Assembly: GCA_030654075.1 (NCBI GenBank)
Contig: JAURYB010000091.1
Location: forward strand, 18,141-82,140
Direction: 5' to 3'
DNA: 64,000 nucleotides
DNA from: Bacteroidales bacterium
GTDB lineage: Bacteria > Bacteroidota > Bacteroidia > Bacteroidales > UBA4417
Shown: piece by piece, positions 38,655-46,130 of the stretch
How the letters are laid out: each line of letters starts with the position of its first letter
Numbering within the stretch: the first letter of the stretch is position 1
Position numbers and translations under genes: made by a program
Notes under the pieces: model-generated
Told to the model about the DNA's origin: nothing
What the model saw: only the letters and a program-made list of their open reading frames with translations
Database searches by the model: none

Positions 38655-39137
38655 ATGAAAACTTCAAAAATTATCACAACTATTGCCTCTCTGAACCTTG
38701 TATTGTTCATGTCAGTTTCCTCAATTGCAAAACCTGTCACCAATTATGAAGGTGATATTATTAAATCAGGTGTCAAAAAACAAATAGAAGCAGTTAAAGG
38801 CACTATTACCGAAATAGCCTCCAATGTATCTTCCGGAAACGAATTCAGTAATCTTCGCTTTGATGTAAACAAATTTAATGCTGAAACGGAAGTGGTAGAA
38901 TTACCATTAAATTCAATAGAATACCTGCGTTTCGATGCAAGAGATTTCAACACTTCTTCTGATCTTTCTGAAATGCCTGTTAATGAATTCGACTACCTGC
39001 ACTTCGATGTAAATAGCTATACCATTGCATCGGAAATATCTGATATGCCGGTCAATTCCTTTGACTACCTGCGTTTCGATGTGAAGAAATATTCAGTTGG
39101 AACTTCAGTTGCTATTGATGAATTACCTGTTAATTAA
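38655..39137 (+). CDS. secreted tandem-repeat protein, four YLRFDV...[EDS][LM]P repeats (uncharacterised family, member B)
   Basis: 160 aa. Signal peptide, then repeats SNLRFDVNKFN..ELPLN, EYLRFDARDFN..EMPVN, DYLHFDVNSYT..DMPVN and DYLRFDVKKYS..ELPVN. Paralog of 16142-16804. Confidence 0.7.
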   Translation: MKTSKIITTIASLNLVLFMSVSSIAKPVTNYEGDIIKSGVKKQIEAVKGTITEIASNVSSGNEFSNLRFDVNKFNAETEVVELPLNSIEYLRFDARDFNTSSDLSEMPVNEFDYLHFDVNSYTIASEISDMPVNSFDYLRFDVKKYSVGTSVAIDELPVN

Positions 39138-39159
39138 TTAGTTAATAGAAAATAGATCC

Positions 39160-39175
39160 CTTCGGCTTCGCTCAG
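39160..39175. repeat. CTTCGGCTTCGCTCAG core motif flanked by 12-bp direct repeats AATAGAAAATAG
   Basis: Direct repeats at 39144-39155 and 39182-39193. Related cores at 30743-30758 and 42885-42900. Confidence 0.7.
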
Positions 39176-39201
39176 GGTAAAAATAGAAAATAGTTTTGTA
39201 A

Positions 39202-39237
39202 ACGAAAAAGTCCTGTGATAAGAAGGACTTTTTTCGT
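39202..39237 (+). terminator. rho-independent terminator of repeat-protein gene B (first hairpin of unit 1)
   Basis: ACGAAAAAGTCCT ... AGGACTTTTTTCGT. Confidence 0.65.
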
Positions 39238-39277
39238 GTTAAACATTTAATGTTCTAAAATTGCACCAGATCCATTG

Positions 39278-39297
39278 CCCCGACCTTCAGGTCGGGG
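39278..39297. repeat. CCCCGACC-TTCA-GGTCGGGG hairpin, copy 1
   Basis: Perfect 8-bp stem and 4-nt loop, read directly. Confidence 0.85.
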
Positions 39298-39312
39298 ATA
39301 AGAATAAAAACA

Positions 39313-39345
39313 GAAAATAGTCCTGCTTATCACAGGACTATTTTC
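39313..39345. terminator. 13-bp perfect hairpin with A-run/T-run flanks (candidate bidirectional terminator, serves the SPFH gene on the minus strand)
   Basis: GAAAATAGTCCTG-CTTATCA-CAGGACTATTTTC. Confidence 0.55.
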
Positions 39346-39406
39346 ATTTTAAAGTTATTCCTTTAATGTTCAATTATTAAGTACATCCATTACTCTGAAT
39401 CCATTG

Positions 39407-39426
39407 CCCCGACCTTCAGGTCGGGG
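39407..39426. repeat. CCCCGACC-TTCA-GGTCGGGG hairpin, copy 2
   Basis: Identical stem-loop to copy 1, 129 bp downstream. Confidence 0.85.
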
Positions 39427-39440
39427 GATAAAAATATATC

Positions 39441-40337
39441 TTATTTCGCATCAATAATAAAAGGAGCACTCTTTTTAGTGTCCATTATTATCAGTTTTGC
39501 ATTGGGCGAAGTAGCAATAGCTTTGATCATTTCGTACTGCAGCTGTTTGTCGCTCAAGCCTGTACTCAGGATTTTCTGATAATCGGCAATTCCCTGCGCT
39601 TCCACGCGTTTACGTTCGGCTTCCTGTTTTTCTTTCTGAAGAACGAAAGTCATTTTCTGAGCTTCCTGTTCTGCGTTGATTTTTGATTCGATGGTGGTTT
39701 TTACCGAAGCCGGTAAAGTAATATTTCGTACCAGTAATTGCTCAAGTACCAGGCCACGACTTTTAAAGTCACTTTCGATGGTTTTGAAAATCCGCCCCTG
39801 GAATTCATCACGCTTGGTCGAATACAACGCAATAGCATCATAGTATACAGCATTATCCCTTATTTTTGTTCTGCAAATAGGTCGGACGATAGTATTCCTG
39901 TAATCGGTTCCGATTTCTTTCAGAATCCGGGGTGCTTCGCTTGGTAAAACTTTATACAAAACTGTCAGATCAACAATAACTTCGAGCCCGTCGGCCGAAA
40001 GTACACGGATGGCATCATCGCCGCCTTTATCACCTTCATCATGCACGCCCGACATGGTATAATTCTGGGTGCGGATATCAAAAGTAACTACTTCAACCAA
40101 TGGATTGATCACATTAAGCCCGCTTTCGAGTGTGTTGTTGCTTACTTTCCCGAAAAGTTTCTGAACGCCCACATAACCGGGCTCAATCTGTTTGATGGCC
40201 GATAGTCCTGCGCCTGTTAATACCATCAGGAATCCGACAATTCTGATTATTCCGGTGTATGGTTTTGCCGGTGATTCGGTTTTGGCCAGTACAAATCCGA
40301 TAACAATTATGATAATTCCGAGCACACTTAAAAACAT
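39441..40337 (-). CDS. SPFH/band 7 (prohibitin/HflC-like) membrane protein
   Basis: 298 aa. N-terminal TM, SPFH core (GYVGVQKLFGKV...VDLTVLYKV), and a coiled AEQEAQK...ERKRVEAQGIADYQ tail. Confidence 0.85.
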   Translation of the reverse strand: MFLSVLGIIIIVIGFVLAKTESPAKPYTGIIRIVGFLMVLTGAGLSAIKQIEPGYVGVQKLFGKVSNNTLESGLNVINPLVEVVTFDIRTQNYTMSGVHDEGDKGGDDAIRVLSADGLEVIVDLTVLYKVLPSEAPRILKEIGTDYRNTIVRPICRTKIRDNAVYYDAIALYSTKRDEFQGRIFKTIESDFKSRGLVLEQLLVRNITLPASVKTTIESKINAEQEAQKMTFVLQKEKQEAERKRVEAQGIADYQKILSTGLSDKQLQYEMIKAIATSPNAKLIIMDTKKSAPFIIDAK

Positions 40338-40533
40338 ATTTTTACGGTTTAAAGGTTAATAATCTGGTTAATAAATAAGTGGTAAATATACTACAATTGA
40401 AAGATGTTTTCTAGTATCAATATTAAATCTTAAAAATGCTGAACCATAAGCATATTCAGTTTGTTCTGTAAGCCTGATCCGATCTTTTTTCGGATACTTT
40501 TCAGGAATGATTATTTAAAACATCAGTAAACTG

Positions 40534-40541
40534 TAATTTTG
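40534..40541 (+). promoter_or_regulatory. -7 promoter box TAATTTTG for lplA
   Basis: Exact TAnnTTTG, 17 nt upstream of the ATG at 40558 (short leader). Confidence 0.45.
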
Positions 40542-40557
40542 ACCCAAAACCCAACGT

Positions 40558-41541
40558 ATGCTTATCGTTAAGCGCCACCATACCAATCCCTATTTTAACC
40601 TTGCGGCGGAAGAATATTTTCTGAAAGAAACTGGCGAAGATATTTTTATGTTGTGGAGGAATGAACCCGCCATCATTGTAGGGAAACACCAAAATACACT
40701 TTCGGAAATCAACCTTGATTACGTAAAGGGAAACAATATCCGCGTGGTGCGCAGGCTTACAGGAGGAGGTGCCGTTTTTCACGACCTGGGAAACCTGAAT
40801 TTTACTTTTATTCAATCCAACAAGGATCATACACTCAATGATTTCCGTAAATATACCGAACCCATTTTGGATGTATTGCAAGCACTTGGAATAGATGCCC
40901 GTTTCGAAGGCCGGAATGACCTCACGATTGAAGGAAAGAAGTTTTCAGGAAATGCCGAAATGGTTTGGAAAAACCGTGTCTTGCATCATGGAACCCTTCT
41001 GTTTTCAGCAACCATGACCGACCTTAGCCAGGCATTAAAAGTGAACGAAGCAAAATTTCAGGATAAAGCAGTTAAATCGGTCCGCAGCCGTGTAACCAAT
41101 ATCAGCGAACATTTGCATCAGCCTATGGATGTGATGCAATTTTCGGAACTCATCGAAAAGCACATTGTTAGTATGTACCCGGATGCCCGGTTTTATGAAC
41201 TCACTTCAACCGATGAGCAGATAATTGAAGAAATGGTGAAAACAAAATACGGAACCTGGGACTGGAATTTTGGCCATTCGCCCGACTATAATTTCCGCAA
41301 GGTGATGCGTACCGAAAACAGCGGCACCATTGAGTTTTGTATGGATGTTCAAAATGGAGTAATAATGCAAACCCGCATGTTCGGTGATTATTTTTCGCAT
41401 TCTGATCCAAAAGAAATTGAAGCTGTCCTGGCCGGTATTCCTCATGAGGAAATTGCCATTCGCAATGCCGTTGCGCCATTTGAAATCAGCTCCTATTTCT
41501 CGAAATTAACGGTGGATGAGTTGGTGAAGGGATTGTTTTAA
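40558..41541 (+). CDS. lplA: lipoate-protein ligase A
   Basis: 327 aa. NPYFNLAAEEYFL, VVRRLTGGGAVFHDLGNLNF, GKKFSGNA. Confidence 0.88.
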   Translation: MLIVKRHHTNPYFNLAAEEYFLKETGEDIFMLWRNEPAIIVGKHQNTLSEINLDYVKGNNIRVVRRLTGGGAVFHDLGNLNFTFIQSNKDHTLNDFRKYTEPILDVLQALGIDARFEGRNDLTIEGKKFSGNAEMVWKNRVLHHGTLLFSATMTDLSQALKVNEAKFQDKAVKSVRSRVTNISEHLHQPMDVMQFSELIEKHIVSMYPDARFYELTSTDEQIIEEMVKTKYGTWDWNFGHSPDYNFRKVMRTENSGTIEFCMDVQNGVIMQTRMFGDYFSHSDPKEIEAVLAGIPHEEIAIRNAVAPFEISSYFSKLTVDELVKGLF

Positions 41542-41648
41542 TTATTCAAAAGAAGTTAAACGCTATTACATGTGAAACAACATTGATCTTTATGTTTCTC
41601 ATTCTATTTCACTTTTAACAGCCCTGAATACTACTTCTGCAGAAAGTG

Positions 41649-41656
41649 TAACTTTG
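41649..41656 (+). promoter_or_regulatory. -7 promoter box TAACTTTG
   Basis: Exact TAnnTTTG, 23 nt upstream of the TTG at 41679 and 86 nt upstream of the alternative ATG at 41742. Confidence 0.45.
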
Positions 41657-41678
41657 CCAACTTAAAGTAGTTTTCCTT

Positions 41679-42632
41679 TTGAAACAACCCACCACCATAC
41701 AGCGACTTAAACGCAGCCTTATCTCTGCCTTACCCAAAGGCATGAAAACCGCATGGTGGCTTATCAAGATTACAATTCCGGTTTCTTTTGGAGTTATGCT
41801 ACTCGACTATTTTGGTATACTCGCATTAATGGCACAGTATACCGGGCCGGTATTCAGGCATCTGGGTTTGCCTGGTGTTTCAGCCATTGTACTGGTAACC
41901 AGTATTTTTACGAATATATATTCAGTTGTAGCGGTACTTTCGATACTTCAGCTTCCTGTGCGCGAAGGAGTAATTTTGGCGTCAATGTGCCTGGTTTCGC
42001 ATGCATTTCCTATCGAAACAACAGTAATGAAACGCACCGGCTCATCTGTTATACGAATGCTGTTGCTGCGCCTTACAGGAAGTTTTGTAATTGGCTGGCT
42101 ACTAAATATGATTATGCCTGGCAGTATGTCGCCGGATATACACAGTGTTATCCAAAACCAACAGGATTTCAGCATTGCTTTCATGAATTGGCTGAGTTCT
42201 ATATCCAGGACTACATTAAAAATACTGATACTGGTAAATTTGCTCCTGATTTTTCAGCAAATACTGGATGAGTTTGGTTGGATTGGTGCCATTGAAAAAC
42301 CCTTGTCGCCATTTATGAAAATAATGGGATTGCCTCGAAGCACAACTTTATCGTGGGTGGTTGCCAACCTTATCGGTCTGGCTTATGGCTCAGCCATTAT
42401 GATCGACGAATCGGAGAAAGGAAAAATGAACCGCGAAGATGCCGATCTGCTCAATCACCATGTTGCCCTTTCGCATTCGCAACTCGAAGATCCGTTGCTG
42501 TTTCTTACTCTCGGATATGCCATCCATTGGCTCATCTGGCCGCGGATACTTATTGCCATTGCATCCGTTTGGCTTCGAAAAGCGGAACTCAAAATTTCCG
42601 CAGTTTATAGGAGTAAAAGAGTACCGGTTTAA
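41679..42632 (+). CDS. nucleoside-recognition (Gate) domain-containing membrane protein
   Basis: 317 aa from a TTG start (alternative ATG at 41742, MKTAWWLIK). Two Gate-like segments, VFRHLGLPGVSAIVLVTS and FMKIMGLPRSTTLSWVVANL. Confidence 0.6.
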   Translation: MKQPTTIQRLKRSLISALPKGMKTAWWLIKITIPVSFGVMLLDYFGILALMAQYTGPVFRHLGLPGVSAIVLVTSIFTNIYSVVAVLSILQLPVREGVILASMCLVSHAFPIETTVMKRTGSSVIRMLLLRLTGSFVIGWLLNMIMPGSMSPDIHSVIQNQQDFSIAFMNWLSSISRTTLKILILVNLLLIFQQILDEFGWIGAIEKPLSPFMKIMGLPRSTTLSWVVANLIGLAYGSAIMIDESEKGKMNREDADLLNHHVALSHSQLEDPLLFLTLGYAIHWLIWPRILIAIASVWLRKAELKISAVYRSKRVPV

Positions 42633-42674
42633 CATCCTTTGTTTTAAAGTGGGCTAAAATCGCGCATGGGAAAG

Positions 42675-43057
42675 ACCCAAGTCCCAAAACCCAAATTTCA
42701 AGAACCAAGACCTAACCTGGGCAAGCCAGAACAAAAAAGGAAAATCAGGTCAAAGTTTAAAGGTCAAAGTTCAAAAGTCAAAGTGAAATAATAAAGTTTA
42801 CACAATGTTAATCAATTGTTGTAAGATCCAAACAGAAAATTCTGTTAAGCTGTCTTTTCATGAAGGTATTAGTTTAGCAAAATACTTCGGCTTTGCTCGG
42901 TACATCGCCTTTGGCCTTTAACTTTTGCACTTTGCATTTTGACCTGAATTATTTCCAACAATGAATATTCTGCCAGAAAAAACATCAAGTTAAAAGATAA
43001 GTTTCTAACAAAAGCTCTGCCTGGAATTTGGAATTTGGAGCTTGGAATCTGAGACTT
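42675..43057. repeat. ~380-bp nested imperfect palindrome built from heptamer arrays
   Basis: Outer arms 42675-42712 and 43021-43057. Inner arms 42746-42785 and 42913-42946, with a 9-bp perfect core CAGGTCAAA/TTTGACCTG. The CTTCGGCTTTGCTCGG core lies at 42885-42900 near the centre. Confidence 0.75.
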
Positions 43058-43235
43058 AACGAAGACGGAGATTTATCCTGTTTACTGTATATTTCAATTA
43101 TTTTATCTGTCGGCAGTAATTGCCCTTTCTTCTATTTTGATGCTAACAAATGCAGTTTCCTGAATATGTTAAGCGCTTAATCCTCAGTATATTTATGGGA
43201 AGCGTATTTTTTAATTTGCCTCTTTACTCAGAACA

Positions 43236-43266
43236 TTTGCATATATTACTAAGATTTATAACTTTG
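43236..43266 (+). promoter_or_regulatory. Bacteroidota promoter: -33 TTTG (43236-43239), 19-nt spacer, -7 TAACTTTG (43259-43266)
   Basis: Both consensus elements are present with canonical spacing, 54 nt upstream of the ATG at 43320. Confidence 0.6.
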
Positions 43267-43319
43267 CAACCCATTTATCTCTGAATAACAGTTTCAATCA
43301 CAATAAATTTACTTTTAAA

Positions 43320-45455
43320 ATGAGAGTCTACAAGACAAGCGAAGTAAGAAATATTGCACTTATTGGTGGAGCCAAATCAGGAAAGACTACCACAGCCGAA
43401 GCAATGCTTTTTGAAGGCGGAATAATTTCCCGCCGTGGAACAATTGAAGATAAGAATACCGTTTCCGATTATCGAGAGATTGAATTGGAGAGGCAGAATT
43501 CAGTTTGCTCGACCCTGATGTATGCAGAATACAAGGGAAAGAAATTAAACATCATGGATACCCCGGGTTTCGATGATTTTATCGGAGAGGTAGTCGCATC
43601 ACTCAATGTTGCTGATACTGCAATAATGCTTGTCAATGCTCACAATGGCGTTGAAGTTGGAACTGAAATTACCTGGAGGCAAACCACCAAAAACCAGACT
43701 CCTGTTATTTTTGCATTGAACCAGCTGGATCACGAAAAAACCAATTTCGATGAAACTCTTCGTCAGTTGAAAACACAGTTTGGTGGAAATGTTACCCTTT
43801 TACAATATCCTCTTAACGAAGGTCTGGGCTTCAATGCCATTATTGACCTCATGCAGATGAAAATGCTGAAGTACCCTGACGGCGGAGGAAAACCTGAAAT
43901 TCTGGATATTCCTGCCAGTGAAATGGCGAAAGCTGAAAACCTGCAAGGCGTACTTATCGAAAAAGCAGCCGAAAGTGATGAATCACTGATGGAAGCTTTT
44001 TTCGAAAATGGAACACTTACCGAAGAACAACTCGAAAAAGGACTGAAAGCTGGTATTATTGCCCGTGGACTATATCCTGTTTTCTGTATATCTGCAAAGA
44101 AAAATATAGGCGTTGGCCGTTTAATGGAATTTGTTTGTTCTTCCGTTCCTGCTCCCGACGAAATGCCTGCTAAATTAACCGTAGGCGGTAAAGAACTCAG
44201 ATGCAATGCTGCCGATCCTACCTGTTTGCAGGTAGTGAAAGTTTCGGTTGAAGAACACCTGGGCGAAATCGCTTTCTTTAAAGTATATGGCGGAGAAGTT
44301 ACCGAAGCTATGGACCTGGTGAACAGTACAAATTCAGGCAAAGAGCGTATTTCACAATTGCTGTTTATTGCCGGCAAAAAACGTGAAAAAGTTGAAAGAG
44401 TTTGTGCCGGTGATATTGCAGCTACCATCAAACTGAAAAATACCCGTACCGGTGACACTTTGAATTCTGCTAAAAATGCAGATGATAAAGTTGTTCCTAT
44501 CCAATTCCCATCACCGAAAATCAGTATGGCTATCAAGCCTAAGAATTCAAGTGATGATGAAAAACTGGGTGCCCGTCTCAACGAAATGCATAAAGTGGAT
44601 CAAACCCTTTTGGTTGAATATTCAAAAGAACTTAAACAAATTATTATAAAAGGCCAGGGCGAACTTCATTTGAATATTGCCAAATGGTACCTCGAACACC
44701 TGGATAAAATTCCTGTTGAATACATCGCTCCTAAAATACCTTACCGCGAAACCATTACCAAACCAGCAAAAGCCATGTACCGCCACAAAAAGCAGTCGGG
44801 TGGTGCAGGCCAGTTTGGTGAGGTGCATATGCTTATTGAGCCTTATACTGAAGGTATGAAGTTCCAGAGCGAATTCCCTGTACGTGGTACCGACGAGCAG
44901 AAACTTCCCTGGGGAGGAAAACTGGTTTTCAACAACTGTATTGTTGGTGGTGCCATCGACGCAAGGTTTTTACCAGCCATTCTCAAAGGTATAATGGAAA
45001 AAATTGAAGAAGGTCCGCTTACAGGTTCCTATGCACGCGATATCGTTGTAAATGTTTATGATGGTAAAATGCACCCTGTTGATTCAAACGAACTTGCTTT
45101 TAAACTTGCCGGACGTCACGCTTTCCGCGAAGCATTTAAGAATGCCGGTCCAAAAATTCTTGAGCCAATTTATGATGTTGAAGTTATGGTTCCAGCCGAG
45201 CGCATGGGCGATATTATGACCGACTTACAAGGCCGCCGTGCCATCATCATGGGAATGGACAGCGAAGGAAACTACCAGAAAATAAAAGCTAAAGTTCCTT
45301 TAGCCGAAATGAACCGGTATTCAACCGCGCTTAGTTCACTAACATCAGGAAGTGGTACTTATTCGCTTGCTTTTGGAGAGTATTCACAGGTTCCGCCGGA
45401 TGTACAGACAGCATTGCTGAAAGCATACGAAGAGCAGGAGAAAGACGAGGAATAG
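43320..45455 (+). CDS. elongation factor G paralog with degenerate GTPase motifs
   Basis: 711 aa with five-domain EF-G architecture. P-loop GGAKSGKT is intact, G3 reads DTPGF (Phe84 instead of catalytic His) and G4 reads NQLD instead of NKxD. Confidence 0.88.
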   Translation: MRVYKTSEVRNIALIGGAKSGKTTTAEAMLFEGGIISRRGTIEDKNTVSDYREIELERQNSVCSTLMYAEYKGKKLNIMDTPGFDDFIGEVVASLNVADTAIMLVNAHNGVEVGTEITWRQTTKNQTPVIFALNQLDHEKTNFDETLRQLKTQFGGNVTLLQYPLNEGLGFNAIIDLMQMKMLKYPDGGGKPEILDIPASEMAKAENLQGVLIEKAAESDESLMEAFFENGTLTEEQLEKGLKAGIIARGLYPVFCISAKKNIGVGRLMEFVCSSVPAPDEMPAKLTVGGKELRCNAADPTCLQVVKVSVEEHLGEIAFFKVYGGEVTEAMDLVNSTNSGKERISQLLFIAGKKREKVERVCAGDIAATIKLKNTRTGDTLNSAKNADDKVVPIQFPSPKISMAIKPKNSSDDEKLGARLNEMHKVDQTLLVEYSKELKQIIIKGQGELHLNIAKWYLEHLDKIPVEYIAPKIPYRETITKPAKAMYRHKKQSGGAGQFGEVHMLIEPYTEGMKFQSEFPVRGTDEQKLPWGGKLVFNNCIVGGAIDARFLPAILKGIMEKIEEGPLTGSYARDIVVNVYDGKMHPVDSNELAFKLAGRHAFREAFKNAGPKILEPIYDVEVMVPAERMGDIMTDLQGRRAIIMGMDSEGNYQKIKAKVPLAEMNRYSTALSSLTSGSGTYSLAFGEYSQVPPDVQTALLKAYEEQEKDEE

Positions 45456-45484
45456 TTTTCGGAACAGATCAATTTATAATGAAG

Positions 45485-45512
45485 AACCCTGGCTTTTGGC
45501 CGGGGTTTTTTA
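45485..45512 (+). terminator. rho-independent terminator of the EF-G paralog gene
   Basis: CCCTGGC-TTTTG-GCCGGGG stem (one G:U) followed by TTTTTT. Confidence 0.7.
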
Positions 45513-45552
45513 TAAGGCAATTTTAAGAAGTAAAAAGAATTTTGTTGAAAGG

Positions 45553-45795
45553 TTATATCTCCCCTTGGTGTAAATCCCAGATCGGGAAACACATTTCGTA
45601 ATCATTCCAGATTATATCACCGGATTCAATTGAAAATTTCGCAAATAATTGTTTGTCGAGGTACTTCCGTGTCATAGGATTTCTGGCATTAACCAGAAAG
45701 TCCGAAAAATCTATTAGTCTCACAACACCATCAGAGAAAGAAAATTTAATTTTATATTCCCCGACGTATTCCGCTTTAATTATCGAAATAACCAT
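45553..45795 (-). CDS. DUF2442 domain-containing protein
   Basis: 80 aa. EYKIKFSFSDGVVRLIDFSDFL...DIIWNDYEMC pattern typical of DUF2442. Starts 4 nt after the DUF4160 stop. Confidence 0.7.
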   Translation of the reverse strand: MVISIIKAEYVGEYKIKFSFSDGVVRLIDFSDFLVNARNPMTRKYLDKQLFAKFSIESGDIIWNDYEMCFPIWDLHQGEI

Positions 45796-45799
45796 AGCT

Positions 45800-46102
45800 C
45801 TATATTTTTTTAGTTATTTTCTCTGGCGAAATCTCAATATTATAAATAAAGAAATCAATCCATTTTCTAACAATGTCATCCCTGTAAAGTTCAACTATTT
45901 TCTTGAATTTCTTTAAGGTTTGAGTATCCAAAGGATCCTTCCCGGCAACATCTTTGATTAATATTTCTTTAAATTTTCCATCTTCAAAGATGATTTCGGC
46001 TTTACTTTCCTTATTCTGATATTTTCCATGAATATGAATCGGCTGATGTTCTTGTGAATAAAACAAAAAAATCAAACCGAAATATTCATATAATTTTGGC
46101 AT
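45800..46102 (-). CDS. DUF4160 domain-containing protein
   Basis: Start moved to MPKLYEYFGLIFLFYSQEHQPIHIH (ATG at 46102), the usual DUF4160 N-terminus. Confidence 0.7.
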   Translation of the reverse strand: MPKLYEYFGLIFLFYSQEHQPIHIHGKYQNKESKAEIIFEDGKFKEILIKDVAGKDPLDTQTLKKFKKIVELYRDDIVRKWIDFFIYNIEISPEKITKKI

Positions 46103-46117
46103 AACCATTTCTTTTAG

Positions 46118-46125
46118 CAAAGATA
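46118..46125 (-). promoter_or_regulatory. -7 promoter box TATCTTTG for the DUF4160/DUF2442 pair
   Basis: Exact TAnnTTTG on the minus strand, 16 nt upstream of the ATG at 46102. Confidence 0.45.
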
Positions 46126-46130
46126 CTCAA

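Larger units (their letters stand above)
39196..39440. repeat. tandem duplication (2 units of about 115-125 bp), each unit = GTCCTG-type A/T-flanked hairpin + TTTAATGTTC box + ATTG-CCCCGACC-TTCA-GGTCGGGG-AT hairpin
   Basis: Unit 1 spans about 39196-39309 and unit 2 about 39310-39440, aligned by eye. A 14-mer AGTCCTGTGATAAG (39210-39223) recurs inverted at 39326-39339. Confidence 0.75.

Noticed and set aside
41753-42271. 172-aa ORF in an alternative frame of the Gate-domain membrane protein gene
   Set aside because: It is a same-strand overlapping frame with a Cys/Tyr/Trp-rich, implausible sequence. The annotated frame gives coherent TM helices.
43763-44581. 272-aa ORF antisense to the EF-G paralog
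   Set aside because: It lies entirely within, and opposite to, a gene with strong motif support. The product is low-complexity and S/A/P/F-rich with no motif. This is a typical shadow ORF.
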